DNA from: Styela clava
Lineage: Eukaryota
Length of the DNA stretch: 64,000 nt
Direction: 5' to 3'
Assembly: GCF_964204865.1 (NCBI RefSeq)
Contig: NC_135252.1
Location: 12,958,001 to 13,022,000 of the forward strand
Positions within the stretch are counted from its first letter, which is position 1. Each line of letters opens with the position of its first letter. Under the pieces are notes generated by a model. That model was not told the origin of the DNA. It was given only the letters and a program-made list of their open reading frames with translations, and made no database searches. Of the stretch, positions 47,301 to 59,300 are shown in pieces. The position numbers were made by a program, and so were the translations under genes.

Positions 47301-50300
47301 TCCTGTCATTTCAAATGGTTCAGGAAAACATGATGCAGCAGCTATGATGCACATTGCATCACCGACACTAAAAATACATATTTATATTGTCTGAAACCGA
47401 GGTATATATGCTTACAAGTCCCGACGCACAATTAGCAAGCATACTATCATATTTTTCGCTTATATTCCAGTGTTGTCACAATACTTGTGTCACAATACTT
47501 GTGTCACAAACTTGAAGCTCGTTTCAACAGTATCTTTTTATGTTTTTAACTTTCATTATATTCATTATTATCATAATGCTCACTAGCCTCGATTAAAGAG
47601 TATGTACTCTCACCTTATGTATTACCACAATGATAACAATCTCAAGCTTGAAGCGCAAATAGAGAGTATTACATTGTGATTTCCCATTTATGGCAGAGTG
47701 GCGCATCATCGTGCTAAGCGATAAAAATACGCTCGCCACCACACCTCTAATTGCCCTTCATGGGTTCGCAGGGACGAATCCTGTGGGTGACAATTATGTG
47801 CAAGTGGATTGCTGGACTCCATGTCACCTTGGGGTGGTCTACGAAACCGCTTGTCGGTTCAACTTCCTCCACCATTAAGACCATGCATCCAAAACAATGA
47901 ACTGGCTAACTAGTCCCATACCCGACATGGACTGGTAACCGAACGAGAGGCCGTGGTTCGCAATATGAATATGAGCAGTTTTATCATTTATCCTCTCCCC
48001 TGGGGTAAATATGTAAATCCTATCGTACACAAAATAACATTGCTTATATAGTGTTTTTAGACCTTATTTAGGTTTTGGCAATTGCCCTGCGGGGCTTGTC
48101 TTGTTTATTGTAATCTTTCTGTACCATGGAGTAGTTTAAAATAAATTATCTTTCTATCTTATCTATTTTACCTAATCTAAAGGACAGAAAAAATAAAATT
48201 CCGACATACAAGAAATTGCATCCGAGTACAATCATCTTTCCAAGTCTTGGTTCCAGAGGTAATTTAGCAAGAATTCTACCAAGTGGAGTCAGCTCATCAT
48301 TTTTATCTAAAGCATTTATTTCTCGAAGTAAATGTTCTGCTTCAATCACTGCATCCAATGGTGGTGGTTCAAGAGCCTGAATAATACAAAATACTAAATT
48401 TAAATAATGTAAAAGAATAGTAAATTGAATTCTTCTGTTAAAAGTCTGAAATTTTAAAACATTTCAGTAACTATTCCATTGTTAATATCGCATATTTGTG
48501 ACTTTAATATGGGCAATTTTCATATTATTTTGTACAGCATCACGTTTCATCAATGTATGAAGTGTATCTGATTGAGTGATTGACCTCTAAAATGTGGGAT
48601 TGGATGGTGCCGGTCTCTGGTATACTTGTCTGTATCATCATGCTATATATAGATATTGTGTTAGTGTACAGTGCTGATATAAATGGCAAGGATGATTCAC
48701 CTTTGATAAAAATTCTCCAATACTTCCAAGTTGAAGTAGTTTTATACTCAAAGCAATTTCATGAAGTGGAGTTCTCAACATTTCAGGAGTGGAATGAGTA
48801 TCAAGCCTAAAATAACAATTTCCCTGTTTTATTCCGCTAAGCAACATATTAGAAAATACAAAAACCTTGTCTTTATTAGTTTGATGATAAAAGTATGAAA
48901 ATTCTAATCATTGATATTTCTTAGGAATTAATGAGTGCAAAATATTTGAGCAGATAACTAAACTATTCCATATACCACAACTCGTCACATATTCCCTATT
49001 TATAGTGGGAAGTTACATACTGCACTAGCCCAAATTACAAATAAGCAATTTACTTTTCATAACGAGGTCTACTGCACATGTAAAAGCAGAAACCAGGTCT
49101 AACACGACCAGCTCGTCCTTTTCTTTGTTCCATGTTGGACTGTGAGGCCCACACAGTGGCATAATTTGTCATGTTGTTGTGAGAAGTGAACATCTTCATT
49201 TTTACTCTGAAATCAAAAGATTTTAATTAAAAAATTCAATTTTTTGAGGTGTCTCGCACATTAATTCGGAAGGGGCTAAATACAATCTGTAGGTAAGATG
49301 TATGGGTATGGATTTACAGGTGGAGTTTGACTCGAGCCAGAGCTGTGAAGTGTAGAGTTTGTTGATAATAAAGTCAGGGTCGAATCCCAGAGCAGGGAGT
49401 CTGAGCAAAAAGTAGAAGCTGAAATTCGAAATTTCTAATAGTCCAGGCCCATCACTGAAAAAGCTTGGGAATGACCAAGTTTAAAGACAAAATTCTGATA
49501 ATACTCTGGTAAAAACATACTTGCATGAATCAATCACATAGACAACATCATTGATTGTGATGCTCGTTTCCGCAATGTTAGTTGACAGAATTATCTGAAA
49601 TATAAATTCCAAAATCATGAACATAAGAGTAAAGTTTTATGTTTTAGTAATGAAGGAAGATGTTGCCCCAATTCAATAATTATTCACCAAAAAAACTTGC
49701 GAACAGGTACGTAACAGCATTGACAAAATTTATTCACATTTTGATAATGTATAAAACAGTTGATTAAATTTTTGAAAATTCCGGTATATTTGATTTTTGG
49801 AATATCTTATTAATGAGACACTTTGTTGAACAAGTTCTTTTCTCTTATTCGAATTTGACATTGTATAAAACAGTTGATTCCATCTTCAAAAATTCCGATA
49901 AATTTGATCTTTGATAATATTCTATTAATAAGACACTTTATTGAACAACTTCTGTTCTCTTATTCGAATTTGACAATGTATGAAACAGTTGATTCCATCT
50001 TTAAAAATTCTGATATATTTGATCTTTGATAATATTCTATTAATAAGACACTTAATTGAACAAGTTCTGTTCTCTTACCTTTGTTACACCCTCCGGTACT
50101 GGCTCAAAAACTCTGTGTTGATCTTCCCTTGGTATTTGAGAATGTAATGGCAGTATTCTGTACTTTGGTCCACCTTAGGAATGATAAAAATTATATTGTT
50201 ACTGTATGAATCAAGTTCATAATCACTTTTTCAATTTAGAATTTCAATTTAGATAGGGCCTCATATGAGATTATGAAATTATAAACAGCAGAGAAACAAA

Positions 50301-53300
50301 ATACTACAAAGTCAGTCAGACAAGTGAATAAAACAACGCAGTGTACGAAAGTTGGTGAACCCAGTCATGGAAACTTTTGAATTTGACTTCGCTGATTCTC
50401 AAGAATCAAAAGACCTCGCTGACAAAAGACCTCGAAAGAAGACTTGAAGCAGCAGAAATGTGGTATATCAGACGAGTTATGAGAATATCGTGGATGGAAA
50501 AAAAGTCAAACGAAGAAGTAATGGAAAAGGCCGGGTACAAAAGATCCCTAATTAAAACCATCAGGAAAAGACAACTACAATTTTTTGGGCACATAAACAG
50601 AGCAAATGGGATAGAAAAGCAAATACTGTGTGGAAAGATTTGTGGTACCAAAAGTAGAGGAAGACAACGCACAAAACACACCGACAGTCTGAATAATTAC
50701 GTAACGAAGAAAGAATCCTCCAACAATGAACTCATCAGGAGAACAAACAACAGATTGGAATGGAAGGCCATGATCGCCGATGTCTGTAACAGACCTGGTA
50801 CATGGAGAAGAAGATTCTCAAGCATGATGTGTTATAATACGGAAGTGAAGTGAAACAGTTGATAAAATTTAAGACACTGTAAAGATTCGTAATCCAAATG
50901 AAAGAGACTAGGTGAAAGTTTCCCCAATTTTCACTCAATATTGATCTCTGACAGACCTGGTTCAGATGGATGAGTATATTCTGAATTGATATCTTATGTT
51001 ATGAAGATACTCACTGAATACAGGATGATTTTCCAGATACTTCATTAACATGAATATAAGATTCCATCCAGGAAGAAATACAAGAACTGCACCAGGCACA
51101 TTCAAACCTAAAAAGAAATAATATAAATTTTTATTATTGATACAAAGCAATAATATCAATGCTAAAAACAGCATATTTTGGCCGCAAATGTCACTATGAA
51201 TGTTTCTCCAAGCATCGACTTCCTTGTTGACCTCGTGACATTTGCCAATCAGCAAGATGCAAAAAGTGACGTAATAATGCATCCGCTCAGACACTTTTCT
51301 CACTCAGGCAGATTTTCAAGTGTGGTCGTAAACAACGCCTCGTTTTCACATCCTTTTATACTATTCGTTAGTTTTCAGTTGTGTTGCGGACATTTAAATA
51401 TAAATCAAAAAATTCAATGATCACTTTGTCTTCCTAGAAGTTTCAGTTTAATTGCAGTAATCAAAAATTAGTGTAGAAATAGCTGTGATAGACTAGGCTA
51501 TAATTCTTTACTGGTACTTTTAAAAATCAGATTGTTAAATGCCATGAATCAGAATGATGATTCGAAATAAATATCCCATTTTACAGCGGCCCAACTCACG
51601 AAACTATTTTTAAAGTAAGCACCGAAAATTGTACAATCATGGTGAAGTATAGGACTTAATTTAACACTAACGACTACGAGGTCAGTATGAATAAATATAT
51701 TTGAATATAACTTCAATATCTTGAAATACAGTGAAATTCAACATATTTAACAATAGATTTTGATTACCATACCTGCAATATACTTGAGTAATGCTTCAAT
51801 TAATTCAAAACTTAATTCTTTCTCACTCAGTTGAGATAATGCATGTCGAGTTGCTTCAGAGTAATTATTGCTGATTTGCAGGTTGAGATTTTCCTAAAAT
51901 ATGAAGTTTCAGATAATAGATAAATAATCAATGAAAAATAATATTCAAATTTAAGGTATAATTACAAAAAAGCTTTGAAAACTATATAGAAATATGATTC
52001 TGTCAATTGATGCAAGAAAAGAAGCGATTTGAGTTTTGATCCGAAAAACAGCCATAGGCAGTAATTTCTATACAAATGGGATTATAGCTATAAAAATATT
52101 TATCATAAAAATTCATTTCCTTGACACTAAATTGACGAGAGCTTGCGGTCAACTAAGTACTGACAAAGCGGAGCAACACTTCATCGATAGGAAAGAGTTT
52201 GCATTAGACTAGAATGATCTTTAATAGAATAATGATGTTCGGTTGCACATTCGTCAAATATTTTATTCAAATAACTTCTGCAATTGTATATCACAGATCT
52301 TATAGCATGGTGAATATTTAAAGTATATACCTCTACTTCAGGGTGCGCAAGGTTTTTAAACCAGGGGCCAAATCATGTAAGTGTGACGTGAAAAGTTACA
52401 TTTTATTAACAATATTTACAGTGTTACAAAAGCCTAATTGGAAAACAATGAGACTCGTGCCAAAACTGAATTTAATCGCAATCCCAACATTTTGAGCTAT
52501 TTTGTTTAACTAAATATCGAAAATTTAGTTTTAGTTTGGTTGTGGCAGAATCAGGCGGGTCAGATTGAATTACTCAACGAGCCGGATTTGGCACATGGGC
52601 TGTGGTTTGCCCTTGTCAACTCTCCTTCCACTTACTTCATCATCGCCACCCATTCCAGTTTCATCATCATCGTCATTGTTGTTATTATTTTTACGATCTT
52701 TCCTTTTCCTATTCATTGGTGGAGGTGAGAATCCCAGCATTTGTACACAATCCTCAAGAAAATATTCTGAACATGAAAACGTTATTGAAGCATCATTGCA
52801 ATAAAAGAAAGATCAATTCCTTTGGTCGCGTTACTGACCTTGGACAGGATGGGTACGTCCATGAACTTCAACTACTGGGCAATTGTTGAAATATTGACTG
52901 AATATGGTTGTATCAATTGTGGCTGACATCAATATAATACGAATCCCGGTAAATGTGGCAACAATATCACGAAGAACAACAAGAAGAAAATCAGTCTAAA
53001 ATAGAATACGAGTCGTGATGAGGTATAGGCTATTATATAGCCTAAATGAATAGTTTGATCTGATTCTCAAATGAACGATTCTGGTCCATAACAATATTAT
53101 ATAATACATACCCTATGGTAACAGAATTTCAACAAGTAATACATCGAAAACTACAATCAATTCAAATAAAGAATTTAAACACTCAATTTTTAAAAAGTCT
53201 AAAATAACGATCCCGCCTCCAATAAGTTTGAAATAACACTTAAAATTCCAGGCTAATTGAAAGATGACTAAGAATCCAGCTCCAATAACAGCAAAAACAA

Positions 53301-56300
53301 GATGACTTCGACTATCACACTATCTTAGGACACAGCAAGCTTCTGGGTAACTGGATCTTATTAGCATGAGCTTGTACAAAAATTACAACGATTTTAACTC
53401 TGATAAAGAAGGAGGTTATAACATATATATGTATATAACATAGCTTACATTGATGTCACGTTCATGAATTTCATCAACTACAACATGGGATATTCCTCTT
53501 AAACCAGCAGTCAATTTTCTGAGCAGAACACCTGTAAACAAAGTTGTATGAATTCATATAGACTTCAATAAAGCATGAATCTATTTTCTAGTGAGATGAG
53601 CAAGTTGGTAATAATCATGTTGGCATTGCATAGGAGAGATGACAAGTCTAAATCCGGTACTCCCGAAGTATGCATACCAAGATGGCGAACACAGAAACAT
53701 AGTATGTGTACCAGATTAGGGTTAGGCCATAATTTTCTTCATTTTAGTTCTATTACGAGTTCGGGGACTAGCCAAGTGACTCCCATAGTATTTGTACCTA
53801 AAGTTATGGCCTACCCCTAACCTGGTTGGTACACATTAACACATACTACGTTCCAGTGTCCGGTATCTTGGTAGCCATACTTCAGGAGTACTCCAAATCC
53901 TACGCCAATCATGGAATACTACATTGTAGATAGAGTAAACAGAGTGTCATTAAGTGTCTTTATAGTTGTAAAAAGACTTTATGGACACCCTGTATTATAT
54001 CAAAATATGCAGAAAATAATCTCACCAACAGTACAAAACAGGATTCCAGCGTGAGGTCTTGGTAAAACAGAATCAAATCTGACACTGTATCCAACACTTT
54101 GACCAAGATCTTCCCCCCTTTCTGAAAACAAAGAAAAATAAACATACAGAGAAACTTACATCATAAATGATAGGATAGGATAGGATTTACATATTTATCC
54201 CGGGGGAGAGGAAAGCCGATAAGACGGCTTATCCATATGGCGAACCACGGCCTCTCGTCCGGTTACCATTCCAAGTCGGGTATGGGATTAGTTTTTACTG
54301 TATTGTTTGTTTTTCGGAAGCATGGACTTGGTGGTGGAGGAAGCCGTAACCGACCAGCGGTTACGTGAACCACCCAACGACGGCGAGGAGTCCAGCAATC
54401 CTCTCGCACATAACCATCCCTGCATGAGATTCGAACCTGCGAACCCACGCAGAGTAATTAGAGGTGCGGTGGCGAGCGTATTCCTAACGCTTAGCCCGTT
54501 GAGCCACACCGCCGCACCAGCATTTTGACTGCATTTTCATTTTGAAACTTCGTGAATTAGATATTTTGGGCATACATACCTGTTAGCACTGCTCAATTTG
54601 ACATGTCTATTTAAGGATTTTAGACTCTACCTGCCTTTGATATGCACTTCTAACAGAATATATCCTATGATTGAATTATACAATGGAGACAAAAAAAATT
54701 GATACTCCCGTAAACTGAATGAAACTAATGAAATTTAAAAAGAATGGTAGTATCTAATATGAGTGGTATCTCCCAAACATTCTCGTTCAGTCAGTTATAC
54801 TGATGACATCATTTTTCATTCCTGTCTTGAAGTAAAGTTCGACAAATACAACACTAGACAGGGGGGTATCAATAACAAAGTCAAGGGAGTGAATTCCAGC
54901 CAAATGGTAAAATGTCTCAAGATATGAAGAAACCAGTTTGGGTAACAACAATGTTTTAGTACATCTAGGCATTTCAATGGCTGAAACTTTGCTAAGAAAG
55001 TGCACATGAGCAAATTTTCTAAAAAGAATTCTATACAGTAGAAGGGCAATGAAAAGTGCTAGAAGACCTTCAGCAACTCTTTCAGCAACAGTAACAGCAC
55101 TTATTCTTCTTGGTTGAGTCACAATAATATTACAATCTGATGCTCTATTTGATTCAATCAAAGATTCGAGAACATACTGAGGAACCTAGAACAGAATATT
55201 GATAAATCATTTTACCAAGAAATTAAAAGGAATAAATGAAATAGCATCAAAAAATGTCAAAAATTTGAATATTATAGTAGTGACAGTACACCACTGATGG
55301 TATTTGGTCAGCAAATCAGACACGTCTAGTTACAGAAGCGTACTAGTTCTGTTAAACGTAAACCTAACTTTTTCCCACACATGTGACTTGACTTTTTTTA
55401 GATTTTTCTCCAACCACGGAATACTGTTATCGTCACAATAACGAGTGTATATGTAACCCAAGACGCCAGAGCGCAACAGAAACCTTCTCATTTTTAGTTG
55501 TTACATATGGACATCATTTTGGCCATACTTGTTTGACTATAAAAATAGCTACCTGTGTAGTTTTACCAGAACCTGTCTGTCCTCTGATAATAATTACAGG
55601 ATTTTTCTGTATCTTTTCTAATAATTCATCTCTGTATGAAAATATTGGTAAATCAGCACGTTCATTCATCATCTGGAAATATGTACAAAAAAATTGATTA
55701 GAAGTCAAGTAAATTGGTTCCAGCAACTGAAATCAAGATTCAGTAAATGTATAATAATTCAATTCCAAATGTGTGATTGATTTTTCAGATAATTTTCTCA
55801 TTTTGTTAAATCATATTCGAGTCTGGTCAAATTATCGGATCAAGACAATGCAAGGAAGAAAAAGTGTAAAACTATTCATACACAAATGCCGCTCAGAGAA
55901 CAGGCCTTTTAATAAAAAAACGAGAGTTGACACAGACATACTGCATTAATTTTGTATATAAAGAAAAAAAAAGGTATCTCCAGGAAAACGACGACAAGAA
56001 CAATAGACATTGTCATGAAATGGACTAAAAACTTTTGTATGAGCATCACTTATAATTTTGGGATCACAAACTTGATAAAACATAAGTGAAATTGTCAACC
56101 AATAATATTATCACCACCACATTACCTTGTTCATCAGATTGTTTTTATCCAATGCATAATTGTATTCATTCAATAAGTCATGGCTAATTTGTTCAGAAGT
56201 CATCTGAAAAAGTAATAAAAAATGACAGAAACAAAGAAAGACTATGGTTTGAGGTTACTTATTGGTGTAGATACAATAGAAACTTATATCTGAGGCAAAA

Positions 56301-59300
56301 TAGTTTGTTTCCTGCTAGAAGGTCTACTTCTATTGGGCATCGTAGAATTGTGGTTATTGAAGATTTGGACTTGAATTTTGTTTGCACTGTGACCAAGGTA
56401 AAAATCTTGTCGTGTTAAAACCCAATGTTCACCATATCACCAAGAGTATAATAAATTGGGTAGGCAATGCCCTGCCAAAGATTCCAGACCTTCTAGAAAT
56501 AGTTATCAATATGTATCAGCAGCTGCTTATACAGCCTTATTGTGGTGAAGGCCTGAAAATGCCTTAGAAGAATGACAATTACCACATCTTATGTAATCAG
56601 TACTTAGAAAACAATCAAAATCTTAAACAATGCCACCACTTAAAATAAATGATATAGAATAAATGAGGTTTTATTTCCTGTAATACTTGTAAACATTTGT
56701 AAAGCAAAGGGCAAAATTCTTACATTAGCTAAAGGTCCTTCATCAATGTTACAACTTGTCCACGGATTCCAATTAGCTTGAGGTGGTGACCATGGAATCA
56801 CTCCTGCTACAAGTTTCCGTTGAGACGGTGGAAAGAATATTTTTTTCTGAGGAATCAAACTGACTGGGTTCTGATTTGGATTAGCATTAGGTGGAGGAAC
56901 AGCGGGTGCAATTTCCAAAGTAGCAAGAGATTCCTTCAAATGAGCAATAACTTGTGGATTCAGTGTTACATCATAGGGTTCGGCCTAAAACGGGAAAAAT
57001 TAGATAGCAAAATGATGAATAAATAATATTGAAATTAAATTTTTTCAATACCAAAATTTATCAAGTGACTATTTTAAATACTTATGTAATCTTTATATAT
57101 TTCTGCACAAATATTTATCATTCTGAAAAAAAAAACCTAAAATAATGCCCTAATAATACCTTACATCATATAATTGCAAGTTAAATTTGTATTTAAAATG
57201 GCCAACCGTCAGTTTATCCTACCAGCTGTAACAGATATCTACAGAAATAGTTGACCATACTATCCAGGGCATAAATGAAGCTAGGGGGTTGAGTGTAGCA
57301 TGTATTGATTCAATGATTGATATTGAAGTCGGGGCCAGAGTCGTTCTTTTAAATTTCACTAGTTCAGCAATTTGAATTATTCAAAACAAAATTTAATTTT
57401 TTGGAAGGTGAGAGAGTAATTGAAATTTTCTTCAAAGATTTTGGTTGCAGACTTGCAGTCATAAGTCTTGTCAAGCAGGAATCTGAAGTCGTTTTGAAAT
57501 CAGAATTTGAAGTTAGAATTGTATGTACATTTTCAACGACCTCATGGGAGTACACTTTATATATGTATTACTATTGGGTATGAGTTCAAATACCTCATCA
57601 CTTTGTTTCTTCTTGGTTAAGCCAGTATAATTTTCAATAACACCAAGATGAAACAATTGTCGTACAAGAGATAAAGCTGCCGACTGTGATGCATTTTTTT
57701 TATTAGATCCATGTTCTCGAGCATGAAGAGCTGCAAATAACCAATGTTCACCTTTCAGTGAAAGATATAAGCAAACATATCACCAATTTCACAAACTTCA
57801 AATAATTTAAATTTAGTCGGCTTTGCTAAACCAAAAAGATTTCACAAGTAGGAAATAAATTGGAAATGAGTTTCAAATATTTCATAGTTATTAATTCAAT
57901 ACCATAAGGAATATTTCTCTTTATAAGTCACTTACTTCTTCCAATTTTTTTGACATAGATAGCCATCTCAGCAATAAAGCTCCTAAAAATACAAATAACT
58001 CGTTGGCAGGCAAAGAGATGGTGATATAATTAATAAAGAGTCTTTTGACCACTTTGATTTGAAAATCAAAATTTAGTGCAACCAATCTGAGTTTTCACCT
58101 TAAATTTTTGCGGCTCGATATGTCGTTGAAAGTTTTCAAATCGCTTATTTGAGTAGATATCATAAATTCGCAACATATTGTGCAATCTGTTCTGTGTTTC
58201 TAAACTACATTGTACTCACCCTTCAATAATCATGATCAAGTACAAATCCCGGGGCTAAGAAAATAGAAAGCAACAAGTTATTGCAACATCACAAAGCATA
58301 AAATAATATTTTCTGCTGCAGATAATAAATTACCATCGGCTCACAAATTATTACTAAGCGTAATATCTGTGAGCCATTGTGTCACTGAATATCACAAGTG
58401 CATTCCATTTTTCCCGTCTCATGAAATAAATGAACTTTATATTATTCATATTCATGGTAGCTTGTGAAGACAAGATTTGAAGGCACTACGGAATATATGT
58501 ATCATAGAAGAATCGTAGAAGAATTCATTCGTACAATGATTATTTCCAAGTTAAAGTGTATTCTATCCTCCTCCAAATCAATTTTAGACAGCAGAAAATA
58601 TTTTATGCTTTGTGATGTCACAATGTTGCTTTCTACAATCTCATACATAGTTCATGGTGAAATCGATCATCAAAGTCAGAAGCTCATAAATATCAGAAAA
58701 ATGTTCATTTTAAATAATAATGAATATGGTTATCGAAATTTCCTAAACCAGAAATAGAAGATATGCATAAAAAGAAAGAAATTGCTAGAAGGAAGAGGAA
58801 TTTAAAGTTTTCATTCTAAACAACAATCAAATTTAAGTAATAAAGTGGAATTGCTATTAACTTGACCCACTTGTTATGGTCAGGTCCAACTTGACTATAC
58901 TTATAATCTGCAGAGATCTTTTCCTTTTGAAAAAATTCATTCAATCTTGATTTCGCATTGTCAATTGTCCAGTTTCCATGGAGACGAGAATTCATGTCAA
59001 CTTCTTCTGATGCAAATGTCTAAGAAAGATAGAAATTTAAATAAAAAAAAGTGTCAGTGATTTGGTATTTACTACCTTTTGCATATTCAGTCCTGTTAAT
59101 AATGATCACATTTGTGAAGTTGTTTATTGGATTTGAAGTCATATTTTTTAATGTCCTCGAAGTCATAGACACAATTTCGAATTCACTGGGGTCATAATCT
59201 TAGTGTTAACGGTGATAATTGAAGTCATATTTACGCTAGAAACTGTTATAAAGTTCTCAACAAACAAATGAAGAAGGTTTGAAAGAACACCAGAATTTTC

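Noticed and set aside
49746-50077. CRISPR-like array here or at 5150-6130
   Set aside because: Whole units repeat with no unique spacers, there are no cas genes, and the context is eukaryotic.
54420-54522. tRNA gene suggested by A and B boxes
   Set aside because: No cloverleaf. It continues into a ~280-bp body and (TCCTA)n tail shared with two other copies, so it is a SINE head.
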